Assembly (NCBI GenBank): GCA_963816145.1
Contig: CAWFJP010000005.1
Coordinates: 320,001-384,000, forward strand
Direction of reading: 5' to 3'
Origin: an uncultured delta proteobacterium
Lineage (GTDB): Bacteria; Desulfobacterota; Binatia; UBA9968
DNA: 64,000 nt
Part shown: one piece after another, positions 37,908 through 47,312 of the stretch
Numbering within the stretch: the first letter of the stretch is position 1
How the letters are laid out: each line of letters begins with the position of its first letter
The notes under the pieces: generated by a model
The model's database searches: none
The model's input: only the letters and a program-made list of their open reading frames with translations
What the model was told of the DNA's origin: nothing
Translations under genes and position numbers: made by a program

Positions 37908-38951
37908 TCATTTTCCGGTGTAGATTTCTTTGACGAAGCCGGAACTCTCCAACTCTTGAAGTAAGCGGTTGTCGTAGAAATCCTTGGGATTGGCCGCGGC
38001 GGCTTTGGGGTGGTCGGTCACCGAAAGCGCGGCTCGGATGGCGTCATCGGTGACGTACGGCACCCGTGGAAACAGCTGGGCAAAGCTGCGGTAGGCTTCG
38101 TCGATGATTTCTTGATCTTTTGACGCGAGATATTTGCCGATGGCGCGCTTGGAAATATCCGGCTGCTCGATCGACAGTTTCAACCCGACCACCATCGCTT
38201 TTAGAAATCCCCGCACGACATCGGGACTTTGCTGGATCGCCGAACGGCGCACGGCTAATCCCATGAATGGATAGGGCAGCTTGAGCGCGCCGATGTTGAC
38301 CAGTTCCTTGAAGCCCAAGCGGCGCGCCATCAACGTCGTCGGCGCCGAGTGGACCGCGGCTTGGACGATGCCTTGATTCAACGCCGCCAGCGCGTCTTCC
38401 TGGCGCGAGAAGTAGAGTACCTTCATATCCTGCTGGGTCATTTTGTATTGTCTCAAAAGGGCGATAGCGGCATGGTCGGAAGACGCGCCTTTGGTGATGA
38501 CGCCGAGCACTTTGCCGCGCAGGTCGGGCACCTCTTTGATCTCCGGACGGGCGTACAAAGAAAACGCATAGGTCGCCACCGGCATGCCGACATAAATAAA
38601 CTCGGCGCCGCTCAACATGGCGTTGACCGCCGCGCCGCCGGTCATGGCGATATCGACCGCGCCGGACAGCATCGATTGCGTCAAGCGGACGCCGCCGGGG
38701 ATGTAGACGGGCTTGATGTCAAGGTTGTATTTCTGATCGATCTTGCTGTCGGCGATGTTCCACAGCGGCGTCTGGCCGCCGTTCAGTTGCGGGTAGCCGA
38801 CGCGGATCGTCGTCGGCGCGGCGGCGTGGAGAGAATTGGCCGCAAAGAGCGCAAAGGTCGCAAAAAATATTGCCATAACAAGACTGCTCAACAATTTTGA
38901 TGATACCATGAGTTGTGGAGCCCCCCGCGGTTTGGCGTTGCGATTGTTCAC
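37908..38951 (-). CDS. ABC substrate-binding protein, NMT1/SsuA-like
   Basis: IRVGY, DLRGKVLGV, FYDNRLL; exact start uncertain. Confidence 0.85.
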   Translation of the reverse strand: MNNRNAKPRGAPQLMVSSKLLSSLVMAIFFATFALFAANSLHAAAPTTIRVGYPQLNGGQTPLWNIADSKIDQKYNLDIKPVYIPGGVRLTQSMLSGAVDIAMTGGAAVNAMLSGAEFIYVGMPVATYAFSLYARPEIKEVPDLRGKVLGVITKGASSDHAAIALLRQYKMTQQDMKVLYFSRQEDALAALNQGIVQAAVHSAPTTLMARRLGFKELVNIGALKLPYPFMGLAVRRSAIQQSPDVVRGFLKAMVVGLKLSIEQPDISKRAIGKYLASKDQEIIDEAYRSFAQLFPRVPYVTDDAIRAALSVTDHPKAAAANPKDFYDNRLLQELESSGFVKEIYTGK

Positions 38952-39030
38952 TGACTACTTAGCAGGAAAATCCTATCTCGACAAAGCTCTTGTCGGAGAG
39001 TGCGGGTCTGGAGTATTGGTGGACATCGCC

Positions 39031-40056
39031 ATGGCATACAAGATCAAGATCATGTTCACCACGAGGGACACGAAGATCACGAAGGGTTTCGTTGCGGTTT
39101 TTACCGCGCTTCTCTTCATAGGTGGATTCAGACCGGCTAACGCTTTGGACAATGTGCGCGTTGCGACCGCTTCACTGACTTCACCGTCGATTCTCTACCT
39201 CCTAGTCGCCCAGAAGGAGGGTTACTTCAAGAACGAAGGACTCAACGTCGAGATCCTCAACATTCGCGGCGAGCTCGCCGCGAAGATCACGTCGGTCGGT
39301 GAAATCGATTTCTTTACTCAGGGATTTAGCGGTTTGAACGCGGCGGTGCGAGGCTTGCAGCTCAAAGTTATCATGGTCGTCGACGAGAAGCCGGACTGGG
39401 ATTTTATCACCCAGCCGCAGATCAAGACTTTTGCGCAACTGAAAGGCGGCGCCGTCGGCATCCTTTCCATCGGCGGCACGGTCGCGGTGGTGACCCGCGA
39501 GATGCTGCGGCGCAATAACCTGGACCCGGCGAAGGATGTCAACTTGATGGTTATGGGCGGCAACGACATGCGCTTCATCTCGCTCAAGGGCAAAGTGATC
39601 GGGGCCACGCTCCTGGACGCCGCCAATAGTTATCGCGCGCAGAAAGATGGCTTCTACAAATTGGCGGCGGCTAGTGATTACGTGAGCGAGTATATGAGCG
39701 GCGGGATCGTCACTTCGACGGAACGGATCAAGCAGGCCCCGGATAAGGTCGCCCGCTTCATGACCGGCGCCCTCAAGGGTTACCTATTCTTTACCACGCG
39801 TCGCGAACCATCGATCAACTACATGATGCAATTCTTGAAGACCAAGGATAGGGAAGCGGTCAGCGCGATTTACGACGCCAGCGTGAAAGTCATGACCCGG
39901 GACGGCATGATTGAGGAAAAGGTGCTGCAAGCCGTGATCGATGAAGCCCAGCGTGGCGCTGGAGTGAAAAAGGATGTTCGCACCGCGGATTATTTCGACT
40001 TCAGTTTTCTACGGAAGGCGCGGGAGCAATTGAGGGTGAGCGGGTGGAAGCCGTGA
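39031..40056 (+). CDS. ABC substrate-binding protein, NMT1/SsuA-like
   Basis: Start ATG 39031 or 39052; VAQKEGYFKNEGLNVEI, QLKGGAVG, YFDFSFL. Confidence 0.85.
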   Translation: MAYKIKIMFTTRDTKITKGFVAVFTALLFIGGFRPANALDNVRVATASLTSPSILYLLVAQKEGYFKNEGLNVEILNIRGELAAKITSVGEIDFFTQGFSGLNAAVRGLQLKVIMVVDEKPDWDFITQPQIKTFAQLKGGAVGILSIGGTVAVVTREMLRRNNLDPAKDVNLMVMGGNDMRFISLKGKVIGATLLDAANSYRAQKDGFYKLAAASDYVSEYMSGGIVTSTERIKQAPDKVARFMTGALKGYLFFTTRREPSINYMMQFLKTKDREAVSAIYDASVKVMTRDGMIEEKVLQAVIDEAQRGAGVKKDVRTADYFDFSFLRKAREQLRVSGWKP

Positions 40057-40079
40057 GCGTATTTCCAGATTAAAGGCGC

Positions 40080-40337
40080 TCAGCTCGACTTCGAGCGTTC
40101 CCGCGCACAATCTACACACTCGGCTAAGGTAACGTCGGGGTTGTCAAACGCTTGCCGCGACAAAGTGTGCCCATAAAGATTTTTGCCTTCGACAACGTAG
40201 CGACCAGGCGGAACCTCGATTACCCGAAAGTACCAACTATCGACTAAGCCCGAGATCGGATAATCCCGAGTCAATTTGAGATTGTCACAGCTTAGATGGA
40301 TTTCTTCACCGCCACTTTTCTTGAATTGAAGTAACAA
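40080..40337 (-). CDS. Small hypothetical protein
   Basis: 85 aa, globular-looking (WYFRVIEV..G.YVVEG), AT-richer than flanks; start uncertain. Confidence 0.45.
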   Translation of the reverse strand: MLLQFKKSGGEEIHLSCDNLKLTRDYPISGLVDSWYFRVIEVPPGRYVVEGKNLYGHTLSRQAFDNPDVTLAECVDCARERSKSS

Positions 40338-40376
40338 GAATGTTTGGTCGCAGACAATTCGTTTAAAAGCTGTTCA

Positions 40377-41441
40377 CTACCGCTCCAACAGCCCCGTCAG
40401 CTGCACGAGTTCTTCAAACCTTGCGCCCCATTTGTCCGCGTCGGGAACCAGGGTTTTGCGGTTGCCGACTTCGTCGGTGGCGCCGGTGGCGAGGTCTTTG
40501 TGGGCCGGCCAGCGGGTTTGGCGGTAGGCGATCTCTTGGCCTTTTTTCGACAGCATGAAGTCGACCAGCAGGGCGGCAGCGTAGGGATGCGGCGGGCGGG
40601 CGGCGAGGACGAACGCCGATGCGGCTTTTACCGGGACAAACGGTTCGGGGAAAAGATAGTCGATCGGCGCGCCGGCTTTCTTGAGCGCCACTGCTTCGTG
40701 ATGGTGCGCGTCGATCTGCACGGGAAACTCGCCGGCGGTGACCAATTGTGAGACCAGTGTGCGTCCTTTGCGGATGTTCAATTGCTGCGCGCCAAGGCTA
40801 CGGGCGATCTGTTTGCCGCGTTCGTCGCCGTAGTAGTCCATGATCGCGGCCAGCCAGTCGTCGGCGTCTTTGTCCATGCCGAGTTTGCCTTTCCAGCGCG
40901 GCTGCAACAGATCTTCGATGGATTTCGGCGCCTGCGCGCGGGTCACCTGTTTGTTGTTGTAAAGGTAGACTAGAAGAGACGCCCAGATGCCGTTGAAATA
41001 ACCTTCCTTGTCGGTGAAACCGGCGCGCAGGGCGCGGCGGTAGGGCGTGTCGAAGCGCATCACCGCGTTGGCTTTTTTTAGTGTGTAGAGCGCCGAGCTG
41101 CGCACGTTCATGGTGTCGTAGTTGAATTTGCCGGCGCGATATTCGGTCATGATGCGGTTGAGCAAGCTTTGGGGTCCGCCAGTTAAGATCTCAACTTTTA
41201 GAAATGGATATTCCGTTTCAAAAATGCTGGTGAACTCGCGCAAGGATTCGCGATTCATCGGCGCATACCAAATTACGGTACGCTCGTTCTTCGCTTCGCG
41301 CACCAGAGTCGCTTGGCGTTCCGCCGCCGGCAGTTGATTGATCTTGGCGAGGGTTTCTTCAGGCGTCGCGGCTAGGGCGCGGGTTGGCGCATTGGCGAGA
41401 CAGGCGCCGAGGACTAAAAATGTCAGTAGGCGGGACCGCAT
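40377..41441 (-). CDS. Extracellular solute-binding protein (Fe3+/thiamine-type)
   Basis: AKNERTVIWY, YN...APKSIEDLLQPRWKGK, PHPYAAALLVDF. Confidence 0.85.
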   Translation of the reverse strand: MRSRLLTFLVLGACLANAPTRALAATPEETLAKINQLPAAERQATLVREAKNERTVIWYAPMNRESLREFTSIFETEYPFLKVEILTGGPQSLLNRIMTEYRAGKFNYDTMNVRSSALYTLKKANAVMRFDTPYRRALRAGFTDKEGYFNGIWASLLVYLYNNKQVTRAQAPKSIEDLLQPRWKGKLGMDKDADDWLAAIMDYYGDERGKQIARSLGAQQLNIRKGRTLVSQLVTAGEFPVQIDAHHHEAVALKKAGAPIDYLFPEPFVPVKAASAFVLAARPPHPYAAALLVDFMLSKKGQEIAYRQTRWPAHKDLATGATDEVGNRKTLVPDADKWGARFEELVQLTGLLER

Positions 41442-41468
41442 GGTGTTCCTCCTTTGTGCTGGGAGCTG

Positions 41469-41969
41469 TTAGATCGGTCCGTCGAGGCGCCAGGATTTAC
41501 CCACCAGCCGCGCGATCGGCGGAACTTGATCATCGATGTGCGCGGCGACCGCCTGGCCGACGAAAAGATATAAGCCTTCGACTTCCATTTCCTTGACGAG
41601 CTTGCACTCAACGTTGGCGTGGCAACCCTTGACCAGCGGCGCCTGCACGACTTTGGCCGGCAGGGTTTCTAAGCCGAGGGCGACAAATTTGTCGTCGACG
41701 TCGCGACCGGACATGTCGCGGCTTTTGTCGACGGCCCGCAGTTGCTCGGTGGAACAAACGTTGACGACGAATTCTCCGCTTTTCTGGATCACTTCGCGGC
41801 TGAAATTCTTGTCTTGAATGCCGATCATTAGGAGCGGCGGTTCGTCGCCGATCCCGAGAGCGCGAAAGGCAAACTGCACGTTGCGCTTGCCCTGGTGGGC
41901 GGTGGAGATCAAATAGAGGCCGGTGGGTGTGACCCGATAGGCGTTCTTTAGATTGAGTTCTTTGAGCAT
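41469..41969 (-). CDS. Flavin reductase-like (FMN-binding split barrel) protein
   Basis: PP.LMIGI, SGEFVVNV, SGRDVDDKF, APLV..C..NVECK, LFVGQ. Confidence 0.8.
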   Translation of the reverse strand: MLKELNLKNAYRVTPTGLYLISTAHQGKRNVQFAFRALGIGDEPPLLMIGIQDKNFSREVIQKSGEFVVNVCSTEQLRAVDKSRDMSGRDVDDKFVALGLETLPAKVVQAPLVKGCHANVECKLVKEMEVEGLYLFVGQAVAAHIDDQVPPIARLVGKSWRLDGPI

Positions 41970-41987
41970 GGATTCTCCCGGGTCTGT

Positions 41988-42824
41988 TTATTTGCGTTCG
42001 CTACCGAGTCTTTTGTACCAGCTTTCGGTCGCGGCCGATTCCTTTTGCCGTGCGAAGAAGTCGCGGTCCGTGCCTTGACGTTTCAATTCAAGCAGCATTT
42101 CTCGCGCGGCGTTGGTGGCGGCAAGCGGAATGCTCGACGGCGTGAGTGCAATGCGAAAGCCGAGGGCGAAAAATTCCGCCGCGCTTATTTGCGCTTTGGG
42201 CCAAAGCGATACGATTGGTGTGCGGATGCGGGCGCCGACATGGCGGAAGTCGGCGATATCGGTTAGTTGGACGCCGACCGCGTCGGCTCCGGCCGCAGCA
42301 TATGCGGTCATTCTTTGACAAACTTGATCGAGCGATTCTTTCGGTCGGGAATCGCAACGGGCGATAATGACGAAGGCTGGATCGCGCCGGGCATCGACAG
42401 CGGCTTTGATCTGGTCGACCACCGTGACAGTCGGCGCAATCGCCAGCTCCTCGGGTGCGGCGCCGTACTCATTGACCGCTGCGTCTTCGAAACGGACCGC
42501 CGCCGCGCCGGCGCGCTCGTAGAGCTTTAGCGCTCGGGTCAGTGCGATGGTTTCGGCGCAGATCGATCCGCCGTCGACAATCAGCGGAATGTCGGTGGCC
42601 TCCGAAACCTGGCCAATGCGCTGGGCGACTTGTGTCGTGGTCAGAAGATTGCGGTCGGGCAGGCAAAAGTTTTTGTGAATGGCATTGCCGGAGAGGTGCA
42701 CGGCGCTGTAGCCGCAGTCCTGCGCCAGTCGCGCGAATAGCGCGTCAGTGACACCGGGAGCGATGGCGCCCTTTGGATCATTGAGTAGCTCGCGCAACCG
42801 GGCGCGTTTCTGTTGATCGTTCAT
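41988..42824 (-). CDS. Isocitrate lyase/PEP mutase family protein (degenerate active site)
   Basis: APGVTDAL.A, LSG, LPD, PLIVD, FED, IIARCD, YAAAGADA. Confidence 0.8.
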   Translation of the reverse strand: MNDQQKRARLRELLNDPKGAIAPGVTDALFARLAQDCGYSAVHLSGNAIHKNFCLPDRNLLTTTQVAQRIGQVSEATDIPLIVDGGSICAETIALTRALKLYERAGAAAVRFEDAAVNEYGAAPEELAIAPTVTVVDQIKAAVDARRDPAFVIIARCDSRPKESLDQVCQRMTAYAAAGADAVGVQLTDIADFRHVGARIRTPIVSLWPKAQISAAEFFALGFRIALTPSSIPLAATNAAREMLLELKRQGTDRDFFARQKESAATESWYKRLGSERK

Positions 42825-42835
42825 TTTGATTCGAT

Positions 42836-43666
42836 TTACTCCATGCCGTCGGTGATGAATTGGATGACGTAGCCCGCGGGGTCGTCCATATACGTGCCGC
42901 CACGGTCGGCGCTCGGCTCCTTGGCCGCGCCGCGGTCGCCGTTTTCAATGGCCAATTTGGCCAAGTGTTCGATGGCCTCGGACCATTTGGCTGTAGGTAC
43001 ATAAAAAGCAATATGGGGTCCGGGGACTTTTCGGCTCATCACGAGACCTTTCGAGGCGAACGGCGCTTTGGTCAGGATCAATGTCTGGCCGCTAGCCATC
43101 TTCAGGGTGGCTTGTTTACCGTCGGCGCTACGGCTTTGCACCTCGAAGCCGAGAACGTCGTGATAGAATTTGATCGACGCTTCGACATCCGGAGCTTCCA
43201 GCTCGATATAGCCGACGCCGGTCATGCGGCCCGTGGCCGCGCTCGCGGCGGTGTTGACATCTTTCGGTAAATACACTGCGTAATGATTTCCAGCCGGGTC
43301 GGTAAAGAAAACTGTTTGCGCTGCGAATGGATGGCTATTTCCGACCGGCCCCGTGTAACTTACACCGAGCTGATTGAGGTCGGCTGCGAGTTGATCTAGC
43401 CCAGATTCCGTGGTCGTGAAGGAATAGGTCGGCAATCCGCGCGGACTACTCGGGCTTGGCCGGTCATCGCTTTGAAGGTAGACGCCCATGCGTTTGCCAC
43501 CGATTTGAATAAACGTATGCGGCACCGCGCCGCGCTTGCGTTGACGCACGTTGAGACCGTTACGTTTCCCGAGTACCCCGCCAAAAACACGGGCATAAAA
43601 ATCCTCGGCGATGACGATATCATCGACGGGAACAACAAAATGATCGAGAGATTGAGCGATGGCCAT
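42836..43666 (-). CDS. Two-domain VOC/glyoxalase-family protein
   Basis: LDHFVVPVDD..AEDFY, FFTDPAGN, SIKFYHDVLGF, HIAFYV, YMDDPAG. Confidence 0.85.
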   Translation of the reverse strand: MAIAQSLDHFVVPVDDIVIAEDFYARVFGGVLGKRNGLNVRQRKRGAVPHTFIQIGGKRMGVYLQSDDRPSPSSPRGLPTYSFTTTESGLDQLAADLNQLGVSYTGPVGNSHPFAAQTVFFTDPAGNHYAVYLPKDVNTAASAATGRMTGVGYIELEAPDVEASIKFYHDVLGFEVQSRSADGKQATLKMASGQTLILTKAPFASKGLVMSRKVPGPHIAFYVPTAKWSEAIEHLAKLAIENGDRGAAKEPSADRGGTYMDDPAGYVIQFITDGME

Positions 43667-43715
43667 GAGTTACTCCTACTACCTATTACTGTTGCCAAAT
43701 GCCTATTGCCGCCGT

Positions 43716-44852
43716 TTATTCCGCTTGCAGCTGCTTCATAAACCAATCGGCGATATAGGTTCTGCGGTCGAATCTTTTTTGCCCATGGCCGACGCCGTCG
43801 AGCATGGAGCGGCCGGGGGAGTTGACGGCGTTATTGTAAAGATTCAGCGCGCCGCGCGGGTCCATGACGCGGTCGTCGATGCTGTAACCGACTAACAGGG
43901 GACACTCGATTTTGTCGGCGCGGCCGATGAGGGTGAACTCCTTGATGTTCTCACGTGCATCCTTCAAGTCCTTCGCCCCCATGAGCCAACGCAGTCGGTC
44001 TTGGATCGGCGGATAGTAGTCGAAGATGTCGTCGACGAGATTATAAGCGCCGCTCCAAACCGCGACGGCTTTGATTCTTTTCTCGACTGTGGCGCAGCGC
44101 GGGCCGGAATAGCCACCCATGCTGGAGCCGTGCAGGCCGATACGGTTGGCATCGACATCGGCGCGGGTGACGAGATAGTCGATCACCGCCTTGGCGACTC
44201 GATCCGAGTCCGGTGGCGCGTAGAGTTTGAGGTGGCGCAAAGTGCCGCCATGGCCGGGGCCGTCGACATCGATAAACGACATGCTGCGGCGGACATATTG
44301 TCCGGCGCCGCCATCTTCGCCGCGCAAGAGGATGCCGTCGGCGCCGCCGTAGTTATAGACCACCGGCAGTTTGCTCCCAGGCATGCCGCGCCCGGGCCAG
44401 AACAGCGCGGGCAGTTTATGGCCTTCATAAGGGATCTCCACCTGTTCGAAGGGCGCTGGCACCATGTTCCAGGCTTTAGCAAAGTTCTCTTCCAGTTTCT
44501 TGTAGGTTGGCAGCATGCGCGGGTCGGTCTCCGGCATATGGACCACGGCGCGGCGGTAAAAGTCGGCGGCGCGCAAGTAGAATTCGTGAGCGGTGACCTT
44601 GCGACCTTGTTGCTCGAAGCCGGCGGCAAGCTCTTCATTTTTCTTGGCGGCTTCGGTCCACTCTTTGTGCCAGCTTTCGAGATTGAAAAACTTTACGCGC
44701 CGGGCGACCCCGCGAACATCCGGATCCGGATGATCCGGAGAAACTTCCATGCGCACGTCGAGTTGACCGCCGCCCGGCAACCCCTTGGCGGGATAGAGAA
44801 AAATTTCGGCTTGTTGGCGGTCGAAAACATCGCCGCCGGTTTTGTCGGCCAT
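43716..44852 (-). CDS. Alpha/beta hydrolase, FrsA / 2,6-dihydroxypseudooxynicotine hydrolase-like
   Basis: W..EW..AA, YLRAA..Y, VEIPYEG, GGADG, DGPGHG, GSSMGGY, C-terminal H. Confidence 0.85.
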   Translation of the reverse strand: MADKTGGDVFDRQQAEIFLYPAKGLPGGGQLDVRMEVSPDHPDPDVRGVARRVKFFNLESWHKEWTEAAKKNEELAAGFEQQGRKVTAHEFYLRAADFYRRAVVHMPETDPRMLPTYKKLEENFAKAWNMVPAPFEQVEIPYEGHKLPALFWPGRGMPGSKLPVVYNYGGADGILLRGEDGGAGQYVRRSMSFIDVDGPGHGGTLRHLKLYAPPDSDRVAKAVIDYLVTRADVDANRIGLHGSSMGGYSGPRCATVEKRIKAVAVWSGAYNLVDDIFDYYPPIQDRLRWLMGAKDLKDARENIKEFTLIGRADKIECPLLVGYSIDDRVMDPRGALNLYNNAVNSPGRSMLDGVGHGQKRFDRRTYIADWFMKQLQAE

Positions 44853-44946
44853 TGTCGGACTCCTTGAGAATCGCTGGAACTCGAGACGATATCCTGTTTG
44901 CCCCAGGAGCCGTGAGATTGCAACTCGCAGTGGACGCCGGGTGATT

Positions 44947-47295
44947 TCAACCCGGTGAAGGTCGATCGGTTTGGAGGGAGGGTGGCGGCTCTGCGTCTTG
45001 CAGTTCGCCGTTGCACGGAATCAGCACGGTGAAAGTGGAGCCCTTTCCGGGTTCGCTGCTGACGCTCACGACACCGCCGAGCAGTTCGGTGAATGACTTG
45101 ACGATGTGCAAGCCCAAACCGACGCCGCCATAGGTGCGCGTCTTCGAACTATCGGCCTGGCGAAACCGTTCGAAGATGTATGTCAACTCATTCGCTGGAA
45201 TGCCGATGCCGGTATCGATGACGCAGAATTCGACCGCGTTGCGCTCAGGACGAGCTCGGGCAAATACTGTCACCGTGCCGATATCGGTAAATTTGATGGC
45301 ATTGTTGATGAGGTTTTGCAGAATATGTTTCAACTTGTCCGGGTCGCTGTCGATTAGCGGCAGATCGTTGGGATATTGCCAGCGCAAGTCGATTGCCTTG
45401 CCGTGCGGATAATCGTACAGCGCTTTGAGGTCGTCCAAAAATCCGCTGACCCAAAATTGGCGCCTTTCCGCCTCGACGACCCCAGCTTCGATTTTGGTCG
45501 CATGCATGATGCTATTGACCATAAACAGCAGCTCGCCGGCATGGCGCGTCACTTTGTCGAGCGCCGTGTTCTGCTCGGCGTTCACCGCACCCATCAGCCC
45601 TTCCTGGACCAGTTTGGTGTAACCGGAGATGACGTTGAGCGGGGTGCGCAGCTCGTGCGACATGACGCTTAAGAAGTCCTCTTTGATTTGGTTGGCTTTT
45701 TCCAGTTCGCGGGTCTGCCGGATCGTTTGCTCGTAGAGTTCGGAGTTACGGATCGCGACCGCCGCCTGGCTCGCGAAACTGCGAAGAAAGGTGAGGTCTT
45801 CGCTGCCGTAGTGGTGCAGTTGATCGGCATAAATCGATACGACGCCGATCACCTCGTCCTTGGCGATTAACGGAATCCCCAGGTAAGAGTTGAAACCGGC
45901 GTCGAGAAAGAACTTGCTGTCGAGTCCGGCAGAAACTACGTTCAGGTCGGAGATGCTTACGCTGTCCTTGGCGCGCACAACCGGATGCGGCGCGGCGCAA
46001 AAATCTGCCGCGCGGGATTTCCAAGCAGCGTCATCGATGCCGCGCGAGGCGATCCTTGCAAGCGGCTTGTCTGCGCCATGAAAGAGCTCGACGGTCATGG
46101 CGCCGGCGGTGACCATTTGGGCGAGCCGATCGAGCAGGACCGTGAGCACGGCGTCGAGATCGAGAGTCGAAGAGGCGGCGAGGTTGAGCTCGTAAAGCGC
46201 GGTTTGGCGATCGGTATGACGCTGGATTTGCCGCTGGGCCAGCTGGCGTTGGGTGATGTCGCGCACCAGGCACACTGCGGCGACTGGATTCTCCTCATTT
46301 TCGCCCATGGTGAAGGAGGAAACACTCAACAGGGTCGAAGGGTTTAGCCCGGTGTTCACAGAACATTCGTATTCGCGCAGGGTGCCGTTCACTAGGCGCT
46401 GCCAGAGCTGGGGCCCGTCGGGAGCAAGCTTTTTCGCCAGGGTGCGCACATCCGTGCCATTGAGCGGTACTCCAGGGCGAGAGAACATGTCTAGTGCAGT
46501 CCTGTTGCTGACCCGGATGATGCCGGAGCTATCAAGCACCAACAGGCCATCGTCCATGGCATCGATAATCTGTTTGGCGGCGAACTCCGGCGTGATGGTG
46601 ACGAGTCGATATCGATAAATTGTCCGGTTGGCTAACACAATGAAACCGAGCACCGGCACGTAGCCGAATGGGTAGAGCGGCACGCCCAAGGCGGCGAGAA
46701 AATCAACTGAAGCCAGGGAGGCGATGCAAAGCGCGATAAACAGTCCTTTGTTGCGCCATCGTACGGGTCCGGGGAGTGCATTCCTGAAAGTCGTCCAGTA
46801 CAACTTGAGACTGACGGCCATCACAAAAATGAAATAACCGACTGAAACCGTGCCCAACCAATCGTAAACTGGATAATAGCCCCACCAGTGAAGCTGGACT
46901 CCGGTGTGAAATCCGTCAGGCAACAGCAGCGTCAGACTGAAGCCGATCGCTAATTGCCACGCCAGCCAAACGCGCCGGCGACTTTTGGGGTCGGCGTGTG
47001 CCGAAGCTACTGCGGAATGATAAGCAGCTGCCGGGATAAAATTGACGCCGACTTGACCGACCCGGCTCCAAAAGAGAGCAACCGATTCGGTCAACGCGCA
47101 AAACATTAACGCATCGCTATAGAGCCACAGGGCTCCGGTCGTGGTCATGATGCAGAATGAGGTGCTGATGCGCGAGCGTTGTTCGCTGTCGCGGATCATG
47201 AAGCCCAGCGCCAACAGAACGCTTGCCGTGACGAACGGCGGCAACGCGAACAGGCTACTTTGATAGTTTTGCGCGTTGAGTACTTCGGTGAGCAT
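44947..47295 (-). CDS. Sensor histidine kinase (7TM N-terminal, PAS, GAF, HisKA, HATPase)
   Basis: ~7 TMs, PAS ending VRDIT, GAF, SHELRTPL, NNAIKFT, GGVGLGL; start ATG 47295. Confidence 0.9.
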   Translation of the reverse strand: MLTEVLNAQNYQSSLFALPPFVTASVLLALGFMIRDSEQRSRISTSFCIMTTTGALWLYSDALMFCALTESVALFWSRVGQVGVNFIPAAAYHSAVASAHADPKSRRRVWLAWQLAIGFSLTLLLPDGFHTGVQLHWWGYYPVYDWLGTVSVGYFIFVMAVSLKLYWTTFRNALPGPVRWRNKGLFIALCIASLASVDFLAALGVPLYPFGYVPVLGFIVLANRTIYRYRLVTITPEFAAKQIIDAMDDGLLVLDSSGIIRVSNRTALDMFSRPGVPLNGTDVRTLAKKLAPDGPQLWQRLVNGTLREYECSVNTGLNPSTLLSVSSFTMGENEENPVAAVCLVRDITQRQLAQRQIQRHTDRQTALYELNLAASSTLDLDAVLTVLLDRLAQMVTAGAMTVELFHGADKPLARIASRGIDDAAWKSRAADFCAAPHPVVRAKDSVSISDLNVVSAGLDSKFFLDAGFNSYLGIPLIAKDEVIGVVSIYADQLHHYGSEDLTFLRSFASQAAVAIRNSELYEQTIRQTRELEKANQIKEDFLSVMSHELRTPLNVISGYTKLVQEGLMGAVNAEQNTALDKVTRHAGELLFMVNSIMHATKIEAGVVEAERRQFWVSGFLDDLKALYDYPHGKAIDLRWQYPNDLPLIDSDPDKLKHILQNLINNAIKFTDIGTVTVFARARPERNAVEFCVIDTGIGIPANELTYIFERFRQADSSKTRTYGGVGLGLHIVKSFTELLGGVVSVSSEPGKGSTFTVLIPCNGELQDAEPPPSLQTDRPSPG

Positions 47296-47312
47296 GGTGC
47301 GACGTCGCCGCT

